A DNA stretch of 64,000 bases from Escherichia coli (GTDB lineage: Bacteria > Pseudomonadota > Gammaproteobacteria > Enterobacterales > Enterobacteriaceae), in NCBI RefSeq assembly GCF_048403405.1, contig NZ_CP183129.1. One strand, written 5' to 3'. Numbering within the stretch: position 1 is the stretch's first letter; each line of letters starts with the position of its first letter. The position numbers and the translations under genes are program-made. Shown in pieces: positions 11,808 to 23,627 of this stretch. The notes beneath the pieces are model-generated. The model did no database searches. It saw only the letters and a program-made list of their open reading frames with translations, and was not told where the DNA came from.

Positions 11808-14483
11808 TTACTTCAACATATTACGAATGACATAATGCAAAATGCCGTCGTTCTGGTAGTAGGTCAACTCCGTCGCGGTGTCGATACGACAACGGCAGGG
11901 TACGACTTCCTGGCTACCATCCGCGCGCGTAAACGTCACCGGAACCGTCGCGCCGGGTTGTAGACTTTGCAGATCGCCAATATCAATCTTCTCTTCCCCG
12001 ATTAGCCCTAACGTTTTACGCATCACGCCTTGCGGAAATTCTAGCGGCAGGATGCCCATGCCAATTAAATTCGAGCGGTGAATTCGTTCAAACGATTCGG
12101 CAATCACAACACGAATACCAAGTAGACGCGGACCTTTTGCCGCCCAGTCACGGCTGGAGCCTGATCCATACTCTTTCCCGGCAATCACCGCCAGCGGCGT
12201 TTGCGCCTGCTTATAGCGCATCGCGGCATCATAAATAGAGATGACCTCGCTGTCAGGTAAATGCCGCGTCATCCCCCCTTCAACGCCAGGCACCATTTCA
12301 TTACGGATGCGAATATTGGCGAAGGTGCCGCGCATCATCACTTCATGGTTACCACGCCGCGAACCGTAGGAGTTAAAGTCTTTTCGCTCAACACCCCGAC
12401 CTTGTAGATATCGACCCGCTGGGCTGTCGGGCTTAATACTGCCCGCCGGAGAGATATGGTCAGTGGTGACTGAATCCCCCAGCATTGCGAGGATCCGCGC
12501 ACCGTGAATATCTTCCACAGGTTCTGGTGTTGCCTGCATTTCATCAAAGAAAGGCGATAAGCGAATATAGGTTGAATCTTCCTGCCAACCGTAGGTATCG
12601 GATCGTGTGACGTTAATTTCCTTCCACTCTGCTGTGCCTTCAAAAACTTCTGCGTACTCTTTGCGGAACATTTCTGTGGAGACTTGTTCTACCGCACGGG
12701 CAATTTCTTGTGCCGATGGCCAGATATCTTTCAGATATACCGGATCGCCTTTGCGATCATGGCCGATAGGCTCAGATGCGAGGTTGATATTCATATTTCC
12801 CGCCAGCGCATAGGCAACCACCAGCGGCGGCGAGGCCAGCCAGTTGGTTTTAACCAGCGGATGGATACGGCCTTCAAAGTTACGGTTGCCGGACAGCACT
12901 GCACCGACGGTTAAATCGCCTTTTTTGATTGCCGTTTCGATAGGGTCGGGCAGCGGCCCAGAGTTACCAATACAGGTGGTACAACCGTATCCCACAAGGT
13001 TAAACCCCAGTTCGTCGAGATACGGTGTCAATTTCGCTTTTGCCAGATAGTCAGAAACAACTTTCGAGCCTGGTGCCAGCGACGCTTTGACCCACGGTTG
13101 CCGCTTGAGGCCCAGAGTTACGGCTTTTTTCGCCAGCAAGCCTGCGGCCATCAGCACACTTGGGTTAGAGGTATTGGTGCACGACGTTATCGCAGCAATG
13201 ACCACCGCGCCATCAGGTAACTGATACTGATGTCCGTTCATAACATAATCGACCGGCTGGCGATCTTTATGCGTGGCATTTACTTCCAGTTCGTTACTGG
13301 CGGCAAATGCTTTTGGTACATCGGGCAGTGCAACGCGATCCTGTGGGCGTTTTGGCCCTGCCAGGCTCGCTTCAACGTCATTCATATCCAGTTCTAACGT
13401 ACTGGTAAAAATCGGTTCATCGCCCGGATTACGCCACATGCCCTGCGCTTTGGCGTATTTTTCGACCAACTCGACCTGATCTTCACTGCGCCCGCTTAAA
13501 CGCATGTAATCGAGGGTGACAGCATCGATTGGGAAGAAGCCACAGGTGGCACCATATTCTGGCGACATATTGGCAATGGTGGCGCGATCCGCCAGCGGTA
13601 GTGAATCCAGCCCATCACCATAAAATTCGACGAATTTCCCCACCACGCCATGTTTGCGCAGCATTTGGGTAACGGTGAGAACCAGGTCTGTGGCGGTAAT
13701 ACCTTCACGTAATTTTCCGGTAAGTTTAAAGCCTACTACGTCCGGGATAAGCATGGAAACCGGCTGGCCTAACATTGCGGCTTCTGCTTCGATGCCACCA
13801 ACGCCCCACCCCAGCACGCCAAGGCCGTTGATCATGGTGGTGTGCGAGTCAGTACCAACGAGTGTATCCGGATAAGCAATCCATTCACCGTCCTGCAATT
13901 CGCTCCACACTGCTTTGCCGAGATATTCGAGGTTAACCTGATGGCAAATGCCTGTGCCTGGCGGCACGACGCTAAACCGACTGAACGCTTGCTTTCCCCA
14001 TTTCAGGAACACATAACGTTCGTGGTTGCGCTCCATTTCCAGGCGTACGTTTTCTTCAAATGCCTCATCATCACCAAAACGATCGACGGTCACCGAGTGG
14101 TCAATAACCAGGTCGACCGGTGAGAGCGGGTTAACCTTTGCAGTATCGCCGCCGAGGCGTTTAACCGCTTCGCGCATTGCCGCCAGATCAACAACGGCAG
14201 GTACGCCGGTAAAGTCCTGCATCAGCACCCTTGCCGGGCGGTAGGCAATTTCACGGTCAGCATGGGCATTTTTCAGCCATCCCGCCAGCGCGTAGATATC
14301 CTCTTCGGTAACCGAGTTACCATCCTGCCAGCGCAGCAGGTTTTCGAGCAAAACTTTGAGTGACTTAGGCAAACGGGTGATATCGCCCAGTGATTTGGCA
14401 GCAAGCGGCAGGCTGTAGTAGTGGTAAGTTTTATCTTTGGCCTGCAACGTGTCCTTACTGGCTTCTCGTAGGGTTGACGACAT
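11808..14483 (-). CDS. acnA: aconitate hydratase A
   Basis: 891-aa ORF with aconitase family sequence. Confidence 0.95.
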   Translation of the reverse strand: MSSTLREASKDTLQAKDKTYHYYSLPLAAKSLGDITRLPKSLKVLLENLLRWQDGNSVTEEDIYALAGWLKNAHADREIAYRPARVLMQDFTGVPAVVDLAAMREAVKRLGGDTAKVNPLSPVDLVIDHSVTVDRFGDDEAFEENVRLEMERNHERYVFLKWGKQAFSRFSVVPPGTGICHQVNLEYLGKAVWSELQDGEWIAYPDTLVGTDSHTTMINGLGVLGWGVGGIEAEAAMLGQPVSMLIPDVVGFKLTGKLREGITATDLVLTVTQMLRKHGVVGKFVEFYGDGLDSLPLADRATIANMSPEYGATCGFFPIDAVTLDYMRLSGRSEDQVELVEKYAKAQGMWRNPGDEPIFTSTLELDMNDVEASLAGPKRPQDRVALPDVPKAFAASNELEVNATHKDRQPVDYVMNGHQYQLPDGAVVIAAITSCTNTSNPSVLMAAGLLAKKAVTLGLKRQPWVKASLAPGSKVVSDYLAKAKLTPYLDELGFNLVGYGCTTCIGNSGPLPDPIETAIKKGDLTVGAVLSGNRNFEGRIHPLVKTNWLASPPLVVAYALAGNMNINLASEPIGHDRKGDPVYLKDIWPSAQEIARAVEQVSTEMFRKEYAEVFEGTAEWKEINVTRSDTYGWQEDSTYIRLSPFFDEMQATPEPVEDIHGARILAMLGDSVTTDHISPAGSIKPDSPAGRYLQGRGVERKDFNSYGSRRGNHEVMMRGTFANIRIRNEMVPGVEGGMTRHLPDSEVISIYDAAMRYKQAQTPLAVIAGKEYGSGSSRDWAAKGPRLLGIRVVIAESFERIHRSNLIGMGILPLEFPQGVMRKTLGLIGEEKIDIGDLQSLQPGATVPVTFTRADGSQEVVPCRCRIDTATELTYYQNDGILHYVIRNMLK

Positions 14484-14646
14484 AGCTCCTCCTTAATGAC
14501 AGGGTTGCGAAGCCCTGATTCTCTTCAGGGTGAATATTAAAGATAACACAAACATCGCGTAACGATTTGATAACAACCCAAATTGATAAAAGAGGAGAAA
14601 GCTTGTGGCAAAACAAATGAAAACCCCGCCGCAGCGGGGTCAGGGA

Positions 14647-14742
14647 TCAGTGAGTAATGATCCAGAGGAGTTCGGCCCAGAAGAGCATCGACAGAGAAAA
14701 TGCGCCCATCCAGGACCAATATTTCATATTTGTGTTGATCAT
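14647..14742 (-). CDS. putative 31-aa hydrophobic small protein (MINTNMKYWSWMGAFSLSMLFWAELLWIITH)
   Basis: short ORF with upstream purine-rich stretch and downstream GC hairpin plus U tract; below the 60-aa ORF-track cutoff. Confidence 0.35.
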   Translation of the reverse strand: MINTNMKYWSWMGAFSLSMLFWAELLWIITH

Positions 14743-14855
14743 AGGCTACACCTTTAACGGTTATTACTTTGTGTTGAGATAACTCAACCTGTTATTGCTG
14801 CGGTGTATTAAAAGCCCTGTAATTCATTAAAAATGGGTAATAAGAATGATGATAA

Positions 14856-15023
14856 TTATTGTTTCGGCTGATCATCTTCAGCAAACAGTTCTATAAAGGC
14901 TTGCTGCTGCGATGTTAGTTGCCAGTCGTCTGGAATAACGACGGAACATTCCCGTTTCGTTTCTGTTTCATTGTCACTATGCTGGCATAATGGTGACGAC
15001 TCCAGTTGCTCCTGACCGACCAT
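14856..15023 (-). CDS. yciX: small protein YciX
   Basis: 55-codon ORF from MVGQEQLESSPLCQ within listed ORF 14856..15044; overlaps stop of upstream small ORF (taactATG). Confidence 0.6.
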   Translation of the reverse strand: MVGQEQLESSPLCQHSDNETETKRECSVVIPDDWQLTSQQQAFIELFAEDDQPKQ

Positions 15024-15025
15024 AG

Positions 15026-15166
15026 TTATCCCCACACTTTCCAAATCAGCAGTGCGACAACCACCCAGAAAAGTGCAGAACCAAGAAAAACCGCCAGCCA
15101 GGCTTTACGTTTTAATTCAGGATCGCGGCGGGGTTCCTGATTTCCAGAAGGCATTGCTAACCTCAT
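15026..15166 (-). CDS. ymiA: small membrane protein, YmiA-like
   Basis: 42-46 codon ORF with one TM helix (AWLAVFLGSALFWVVVALLIW), translationally coupled to yciX. Confidence 0.45.
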   Translation of the reverse strand: MRLAMPSGNQEPRRDPELKRKAWLAVFLGSALFWVVVALLIWKVWG

Positions 15167-15484
15167 ATAATCGCCATCACTTATCAGCAAGACGTTGAAC
15201 GATTGGTGTAATTAATCATACGATGAGACAAATCCTAAAGAAACTTTAGTCAAAAATCCAGCGAATTTACGAATCGTCTCCAGTGAATAATTCAATCTTT
15301 TGACCTGAAATAGATATTTGAAAACTCGAGTTTGCGAGGCGGGTAATTAGACACTACTTTACAGGTAATTTACCCTATAAATATGAGGGATAAAAATATT
15401 GTGCACGGTATACAAATAAGCAACAAAAGAGAATATATTCCGGCACCTTCGCTACATAAAAGGTGCCGAAAATAACGCAAGAAA

Positions 15485-16483
<999 letters not shown>

Positions 16484-16668
16484 TCAGAACATCGTTTTTT
16501 CGTCACACCTGGCGGGTGACTAATACGATTTAATAATAAAAAAGGTGCTAACTATAACCACTATATCATTTATAGCCTTAGTGTATAGGTGTGAAGAAAA
16601 AATAATATGCAATAAAAAAGGGCCGCTTTCGCGACCCTTTGTTTATAAAAACCTGACAGAATTAAAGG

Positions 16669-19265
16669 TTATTTTTTCCCTTCAACCCATTTGCCATCAA
16701 CATAAAATGCTGACCAGCCAGTCGCCTTTCCGTCTTTTTCCGAAGAGACATATTGCTGTTTGGTTTTACGGCTAAAGCGAACCATGGTCTTATTACCTTC
16801 CGGATCCTGCTGTGGCGCATCGGCCAGATAACGCAGTTTTTCCGGCAGACGGTCGCGGAAGCGATAAAGCTCTTCCACCAATGGCGCGCGTGTTTCACGC
16901 GATTTCGGGAAGGTATTGGCCGCCAGGAACACACCGGCAGCACCGTCACGCAGCACGAAATAGGCATCTGATTTTTCGCACGGCAGCTCCGGTAATGGCA
17001 CCGGATCTTCCTTCGGTGGTGCCACTTCGCCGTTACGTAAAATCTTACGTGTGTTTTTACACTCTTCGTTAGTGCAGGCCATGTATTTACCGAAACGTCC
17101 CATTTTCAGGTGCATTTCAGAGCCACATTTTTCACACTCAACGATCGGGCCGTCATAACCTTTAATGCGGAATTCGCCCTCTTCGATCTCGTAACCGTCG
17201 CAGGTTGGGTTATTACCACAGACATGCAACTTACGTTTCGGATCGATGAGATAGCTGTCCATCGCCGTGCCGCATTTCGGGCAACGACGTTTTGCGCGCA
17301 GCGCGTTGGTTTCAGCGTCTTCACCTTCCAGCACGTTCAGCACTTCGTTTTCCGGCACCAGGTTGATGGTGGTTTTGCAACGCTCTTTCGGTGGCAGAGC
17401 GTAGCCGGAACAGCCAAGGAATACCCCGGTGCTCGCTGTGCGAATACCCATTTTGCGACCACAGGTCGGGCAGTCGATGCTGGTCAGAACCATCTGGTTC
17501 GGGCGCATCCCCCCTCTTCCGGATCTTTTTCAGCTTTATCTAACTGCTGGGTGAAATCCGAGAAGAAGTGATCCAGTACAGCTTTCCACTCTGCTTCGTG
17601 ATTTGCCACCTGGTCGAGGCTGTTTTCCATCTGTGCGGTGAAGTCGTAGTTCATTAACTCACGGAAATTCTCTTCCAGGCGATCGGTGACGATTTCGCCC
17701 ATTTTTTCCGCATAGAAACGACGATTTTCTACTCGCACATAGCCACGATCCTGAATGGTCGAAATGATCGACGCATAGGTAGACGGACGACCGATACCGC
17801 GTTTTTCCAGCTCTTTAACCAGCGATGCTTCACTAAAACGGGCTGGCGGCTTGGTAAAGTGCTGGGCTGGTGTCAGTTCAACGAGCGTCAGAGCATCGCC
17901 TTTATCGACTGCCGGTAATATACGATCTTCATCGCCTTTACGCAGTGCAGGCATCACTTTTGTCCAGCCATCAAAGCGCAAAATACGACCGCGTGCTTTC
18001 AGGCGGAAATCGCCCGCACCAACGGTCAGCGTCGTGGAGTCATATTTCGCTGGGGTCATCTGGCAGGCAACGAACTGACGCCAGATTAACTGGTACAATT
18101 TTTGCGCATCTGCTTCCATATCCTTCAACGATTCCGCCATCACATTGACGTCAGAAGGACGAATCGCTTCGTGCGCTTCCTGTGAGTTTTCTTTGCTGGC
18201 GTACTGATTCGGACTTTCCGGCAGATATTTCTTACCAAAATTATCGCTGATATAACCGCGAACCATATTTACCGCGTCCTGACTCAGGTTGGTGGAGTCG
18301 GTACGCATGTAAGTGATATAGCCTGCTTCATACAAACGCTGCGCCATCATCATGGTTTTTTTCACGCCAAAACCAAGACGGGTGCTGGCAGCTTGTTGCA
18401 GCGTAGAGGTAATAAAAGGAGCGCCAGGTTTACTGGTTGTCGGTTTGTCTTCACGTTCCAGCACGCTGTAGCGCGCTTTTTCCAGCAGACTTACCGCAGC
18501 CTGTGTTTGTTCTTTGTTGACCGGGCGGAACGGTTTGTCGTTCTGATGAGTCACCTGCAACGCCAACGCATCACCAGATGGCGTGGTCGTGCTGGCATCG
18601 ACTTCCCAGAACTCTTCCGGTACGAACGCTTTAATTTCACGCTCACGCTCGACCACCAGGCGGACCGCCACCGACTGCACACGACCTGCAGACAGACCAC
18701 GAGCGATCTTTTTCCACAGCAGCGGCGAAACCATATATCCCACCACGCGGTCCATAAAGCGACGCGCCTGCTGGGCATTAACACGATCAATATTCAGCTC
18801 ACCTGGTTTGTTAAATGCCTGGCGGATCGCGTTTTTAGTAATTTCGTTAAACACCACTCGGCTATAGCGCGCATCATCACCACCAATCACTTCCCGCAGG
18901 TGCCATGCAATGGCTTCCCCTTCGCGGTCAAGGTCGGTTGCGAGATAGATGTGGTCGGCTTTTTCAGCCAGTTGTTTCAGTTCAGAGACGACCTTCTCTT
19001 TACCAGGCAACACTTCATAGTGCGCCTCCCAATTGTGCCACGGGTCAACCCCCATACGGTTGACGAGAGCGCCACGTTCATCCTTTTTAGGCTTTTTAGC
19101 CGTCTTGGTGGAGGTAGAGTCGGCACTCTTTTTGGCAGCTGAGCCACTGGTCGGCAAATCGCGGATGTGACCGACGCTGGATTTCACCACGTAGTCACTA
19201 CCCAGATACTTGTTGATCGTTTTGGCTTTTGCCGGGGACTCAACGATGACAAGAGCTTTACCCAT
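16669..19265 (-). pseudogene. topA: DNA topoisomerase I, reading frame broken by 1-nt deletion in a C6/G6 run at 17509-17514
   Basis: N-terminal 593 codons (from [20 protein letters not shown] at 19265) end at ..KDPEEGG then out of frame; C-terminal zinc-ribbon part continues in another frame from [20 protein letters not shown] (ORF 16669..17508). Confidence 0.85.
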
Positions 19266-19644
19266 ATTCACCTTACCTAATTTGATTCTTCCAGGAATGC
19301 GTCGCACGTTGATAAACCTTCCACTGGCAACGAGTTACCGATATGGACTCGCTCTCTGCGGATATCAACCCCTTGTCGTGACTCTGTTCACGAAAATTCA
19401 GGTGACTGAGTTAACAGGTCTTGGCCTACAGGCGCTATAGCACGACGGAATTTTGGTCGAATGTCAAGCAAATCTATTGCCAGATTGACGAAAGCGTCAC
19501 ACTGTACCTGATAAAATCCGATACGCAACTTTATTAGCATGCAAAATCCAAAGTTGCCAGTAAGGCGCTCTTGCCACCAGCGTGGTATATTTGTCTGCAA
19601 GCCATGCCTGGCGTAGACTAATGTCCTTGTTTAAGGAGTAAATA

Positions 19645-19896
19645 ATGAACAAAGAGACACAACCCATCGACCGCGAGACGCTGTTGAAAGAGGCCAACAA
19701 AATCATTCGTGAGCATGAGGATACGCTCGCAGGGATTGAAGCCACCGGCGTCACGCAGCGTAATGGCGTGCTGGTATTTACCGGCGACTACTTTTTAGAT
19801 GAACAAGGATTGCCAACAGCCAAAAGCACCGCGGTGTTTAATATGTTCAAACACCTGGCCCATGTGCTTTCAGAAAAATATCATCTGGTTGATTAA
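19645..19896 (+). CDS. yciN: small protein YciN
   Basis: 83-aa [33 protein letters not shown]; followed by hairpin terminator at 19903-19929. Confidence 0.85.
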
Positions 19897-19929
19897 ATAA
19901 ATATCCTCCGGCATAGCCGGAGGTTTTTC

Positions 19930-20600
19930 AAATGCGCCTATAAGGCTCTCTTACCAGCCGCGCCCTAACAGGCGCACACGATCTGACATTTGCATCCAAC
20001 TTCGTTACTTACGGCCCGTAAACGGGCTGCCCGGATAGGGAATCGATAACTGCTCTCCCATTTTATCCTCTTCAAGCTGGTGCTTTATGTAATCCTGTAT
20101 CTTCGCCGTGTTCTTACCCACCGTATCGACGTAGTACCCTCTGCACCAGAACTCCCTGTTCCTGTATTTGAATTTCAAATCACCAAACTGCTCGTAAAGC
20201 ATCAGACTGCTTTTCCCTTTCAGATATCCCATAAAGCCGGATACGCTCATTTTGGGCGGGATCTCCACAAGCATATGGATATGATCTGCACAGCATTCAG
20301 CTTCCAGAATCCGTACACTTTTCCACTCACACAGCTTTCTCAAAATACTGCCTATTGCTCTACGCTTCTCTCTGTAGAACACCTGTCTTCGGTATTTTGG
20401 CGCAAAAACTATGTGATATTTACAGTTCCATCGGGTGTGCGCTAAGCTCTTTTCGTTCCCCATTGGGACCCCCTTTTGATTTCTTGTTTGACACTTGCAG
20501 TTGCCAGACCGCAAGGTGTTTTAACAAATCAAAAGGGGTTTTAATAACTGGCTTAAAGCTGAAAGCTTTCCGGAACCCCCAGCCTAGCTGGGGGTTTTCT
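19930..20600 (-). mobile_element. IS200-family insertion sequence (IS200/IS605 family); boundaries approximate
   Basis: contains Y1 HUH transposase gene and, upstream of it, the palindrome aacccccagc-ctag-gctgggggtt (20572-20597) plus an RBS-sequestering stem-loop (20464-20530); inserted between yciN and sohB terminators. Confidence 0.7.
20005..20463 (-). CDS. tnpA: IS200 transposase TnpA (Y1 HUH)
   Basis: 152-aa product MGNEKSLAHTRWNCKYHIVFAPKYRR...HIHMLVEIPPK, near-identical to Salmonella IS200 TnpA as I recall it. Confidence 0.9.
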   Translation of the reverse strand: MGNEKSLAHTRWNCKYHIVFAPKYRRQVFYREKRRAIGSILRKLCEWKSVRILEAECCADHIHMLVEIPPKMSVSGFMGYLKGKSSLMLYEQFGDLKFKYRNREFWCRGYYVDTVGKNTAKIQDYIKHQLEEDKMGEQLSIPYPGSPFTGRK

Positions 20601-20605
20601 GTGCA

Positions 20606-20640
20606 CAAACAAAACGCGAGGTCTTAGCCTCGCGTTTGTC
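20606..20640 (-). terminator. rho-independent terminator of sohB
   Basis: hairpin aaacgcgagg-tctta-cctcgcgttt immediately 3' of sohB stop. Confidence 0.55.
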
Positions 20641-20642
20641 TT

Positions 20643-21692
20643 TTACATCAATGGTTTTTGCCCCCGCTGCCACCAGCGTAACAACAATCGATCGGCGCTC
20701 TCTGCCGCGCTGCCGGTGAATCGGTCAATGAGTCGTTTACGCTGCATATAGCGTACATTGACCACTTCACGGCCTTCCATCAGGCTAAGAATAACTTCAT
20801 CACTGGTGTTGATTTCATCAACCAGGCCTTTCTCTACCGCCTGTTGTCCGTACCAGTGTTCACCCGTTGCCACCTGATCAATATTCAGAGACGGACGCAT
20901 ACGCTTCACAAAATCTTTAAATAACTGATGCGTTTCGTTCAGCTCTTCGCGGAATTTCTCCCGCCCTTCTTCGGTGTTTTCACCCAGCAAAGTCAGCGTG
21001 CGCTTATACTGCCCGGCGGTGTGCAGTTCGATATCAATATCTTTGCTTTTCAGGAAGCGGTTAAAGTTGGGCATTTGTGCCACCACGCCAATGGAACCCA
21101 CAATAGCAAACGGTGCGGAAACAATTTTGTCCGCCACACAGGCCATCATGTAACCGCCACTGGCAGCAACTTTGTCTACCGTAACAGTTAAAGGAATGTT
21201 TTTATCACGCAGACGCTGCAGCTGCGAAGCCGCCAGCCCGTAACCATGCACCATGCCACCAGGGCTTTCCAGACGTAGCACAACCTGATCCTGCGGTTTG
21301 AATGCTGCGAGTACCGCCGTTATCTCTTCACGTAGCGAGTTCACTTCATGGGCGTCCATGCTGCCTTTAAAATCCAGCACCCAGACGCGAGGTTTACTGT
21401 CAGTTGCCACCTCGCCCAGTTTGGCTTTCGCTTTTGCTGCTTTCGCTTCTTGCTTGTGCTTTTTCTTCTGCGCTTTGTGCCACTGTTTTTGCTGATGTGA
21501 GTCCATCAGCGCCGCGGCCAGTTCTTCTTTCATCTCCTTATACTGTTCGCTGAGATTGTTGACCCGTAACTCGCCACGCTGGCGTTTATTACGTTGAGCA
21601 ACATTGACAATAATGGCGGCAATCGCCGCAATCGCTAGCACAACGGTAACGATTTTCGCCAAAAACAAACCATATTCAGACAACAATTCCAC
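20643..21692 (-). CDS. sohB: S49-family inner-membrane peptidase SohB
   Basis: 349-aa ORF, N-terminal TM, S49/SppA-like core. Confidence 0.9.
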   Translation of the reverse strand: MELLSEYGLFLAKIVTVVLAIAAIAAIIVNVAQRNKRQRGELRVNNLSEQYKEMKEELAAALMDSHQQKQWHKAQKKKHKQEAKAAKAKAKLGEVATDSKPRVWVLDFKGSMDAHEVNSLREEITAVLAAFKPQDQVVLRLESPGGMVHGYGLAASQLQRLRDKNIPLTVTVDKVAASGGYMMACVADKIVSAPFAIVGSIGVVAQMPNFNRFLKSKDIDIELHTAGQYKRTLTLLGENTEEGREKFREELNETHQLFKDFVKRMRPSLNIDQVATGEHWYGQQAVEKGLVDEINTSDEVILSLMEGREVVNVRYMQRKRLIDRFTGSAAESADRLLLRWWQRGQKPLM

Positions 21693-21911
21693 GAGTCCCC
21701 ACCTTGGTTAAACAACGCTTTGGCTCACAGTTTACAACAGGCATGTTAAGCCGTCTCGCAGAGATGTTATTGCAGCGAAAGTATGACAAAGTATCCATTT
21801 TGCGGTGTTATCGCCCCAGGCTGATTGAAATGCCCTTCTGTTTCAGGCATAAAGCCCCAAAGTCATAAAGTACACTGGCAGCGCGACAGACAACGTCGTT
21901 GAGGAGTAGCC

Positions 21912-22670
21912 ATGCATTACCAGCCAAAACAAGATTTACTCAATGATCGCATTATCCTGGTGACGGGAGCCAGCGATGGTATTGGCCGTGAAGCCGCGAT
22001 GACGTATGCACGCTATGGTGCGACAGTGATTCTGTTGGGCCGTAATGAAGAAAAATTACGTCAGGTAGCCAGCCACATAAACGAAGAAACTGGACGTCAG
22101 CCACAGTGGTTTATTCTCGATTTGCTGACCTGCACGTCCGAAGATTGCCAACAACTGGCACAGCGCATTGCCGTTAATTATCCGCGTCTGGATGGTGTTT
22201 TGCATAATGCCGGATTGCTCGGCGATGTTTGCCCAATGAGCGAACAAAATCCGCAGGTCTGGCAGGACGTCATGCAGGTCAACGTTAATGCCACCTTTAT
22301 GCTCACCCAGGCACTGCTTCCTTTATTACTCAAATCGGACGCCGGTTCACTGGTCTTTACTTCATCAAGCGTTGGACGTCAGGGACGAGCCAACTGGGGC
22401 GCATATGCAGCGTCGAAATTTGCCACCGAAGGGATGATGCAGGTACTGGCCGATGAATATCAGCAGCGCCTGCGCGTCAACTGCATTAACCCAGGCGGTA
22501 CGCGCACCGCAATGCGGGCCAGCGCCTTCCCGACCGAAGATCCACAGAAACTTAAAACACCCGCTGATATCATGCCGCTCTACCTCTGGCTGATGGGCGA
22601 TGACAGCCGCCGTAAAACCGGCATGACCTTTGACGCCCAACCGGGCCGTAAACCAGGAATTTCCCAATGA
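21912..22670 (+). CDS. yciK: SDR-family oxidoreductase YciK
   Basis: 252-aa ORF with TGASDGIG Rossmann motif and YxxxK. Confidence 0.9.
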   Translation: MHYQPKQDLLNDRIILVTGASDGIGREAAMTYARYGATVILLGRNEEKLRQVASHINEETGRQPQWFILDLLTCTSEDCQQLAQRIAVNYPRLDGVLHNAGLLGDVCPMSEQNPQVWQDVMQVNVNATFMLTQALLPLLLKSDAGSLVFTSSSVGRQGRANWGAYAASKFATEGMMQVLADEYQQRLRVNCINPGGTRTAMRASAFPTEDPQKLKTPADIMPLYLWLMGDDSRRKTGMTFDAQPGRKPGISQ

Positions 22671-23257
22671 GTGATGAACGCTACCAACAGCGTCAGCAGC
22701 GAGTGAAAGAAAAAGTCGATGCTCGTGTGGCCCAGGCCCAGGATGAACGCGGTATTATCATCGTTTTTACCGGCAATGGAAAAGGCAAAACCACCGCGGC
22801 ATTTGGTACGGCAACTCGTGCAGTAGGCCATGGCAAAAAAGTGGGTATCGTGCAGTTTATTAAAGGCACCTGGCCTAATGGCGAGCGCAATCTACTGGAG
22901 CCACATGGCGTTGAGTTTCAGGTGATGGCAACGGGCTTTACCTGGGATACACAAAATCGCGAATCTGATACCGCGGCCTGCCGTGAAGTCTGGCAACATG
23001 CCAAACGAATGCTGGCCGATCCTTCACTGGATATGGTTTTGCTCGATGAGCTGACTTATATGGTGGCGTATGATTATTTGCCACTGGAAGAAGTGGTGAA
23101 GGCGTTAAATGAACGTCCACATCAGCAAACCGTCATTATTACGGGTCGTGGTTGTCATCGGGATATACTTGAACTGGCGGATACGGTAAGTGAATTACGC
23201 CCCGTGAAACATGCGTTTGATGCCGGTGTAAAAGCGCAGATAGGGATTGACTACTAA
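22667..23257 (+). CDS. btuR: cob(I)yrinic acid a,c-diamide adenosyltransferase (BtuR/CobO)
   Basis: 196-aa ORF with P-loop GNGKGKTTAAFG; start overlaps yciK stop. Confidence 0.9.
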   Translation: MSDERYQQRQQRVKEKVDARVAQAQDERGIIIVFTGNGKGKTTAAFGTATRAVGHGKKVGIVQFIKGTWPNGERNLLEPHGVEFQVMATGFTWDTQNRESDTAACREVWQHAKRMLADPSLDMVLLDELTYMVAYDYLPLEEVVKALNERPHQQTVIITGRGCHRDILELADTVSELRPVKHAFDAGVKAQIGIDY

Positions 23258-23260
23258 GTG

Positions 23261-23296
23261 AAAGCACCTCAAAAGAAGCCTCTTGAGGTGCTTTAA
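23261..23296. terminator. bidirectional terminator after btuR
   Basis: hairpin aagcacctcaa/ttgaggtgctt. Confidence 0.55.
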
Positions 23297-23308
23297 TCAT
23301 GATTATAT

Positions 23309-23617
23309 TCAAGCGGCAATAGCGAAATTCAGAATACGTGTAATCTCATTCAAATGTCCCGGATATGCTTCATGATTCTCAGCGTCAACATCTTCAATAA
23401 ATAATATCAGTTCAGTAATTAACGCATTAGCATCGTCATAATTTATCCCGGCTAACTCTGGCGAAGTTTCAGTACCATAGTTAATCGTCAGGTTGTTCAT
23501 AACTGTGAGGATATGGATAAAATATTTATGACAAACATTACATGTGGTTTTATTACCCAAAGTATTATACAGCATATCAAGTAATGCCAATATTCTACGG
23601 TTTTGCACATCGTTCAT
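23309..23617 (-). CDS. hypothetical small acidic protein (102 aa), second gene of AT-rich islet
   Basis: ORF in AT-rich DNA directly downstream of lipoprotein gene; no recognisable family. Confidence 0.5.
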   Translation of the reverse strand: MNDVQNRRILALLDMLYNTLGNKTTCNVCHKYFIHILTVMNNLTINYGTETSPELAGINYDDANALITELILFIEDVDAENHEAYPGHLNEITRILNFAIAA

Positions 23618-23627
23618 AAAAAGCCTC

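Noticed and set aside
14537-14719. 60-aa minus-strand ORF downstream of acnA promoter region
   Set aside because: Overlaps a terminator hairpin and the better-supported 31-aa ORF in another frame; no RBS or homology.
16669-17508. Separate zinc-ribbon protein gene downstream of topA
   Set aside because: It is the C-terminal part of topA separated only by the 1-nt frameshift, not an independent gene.
18393-19142. 249-aa plus-strand ORF inside topA
   Set aside because: Antisense to topA; Arg/Phe-rich junk composition.
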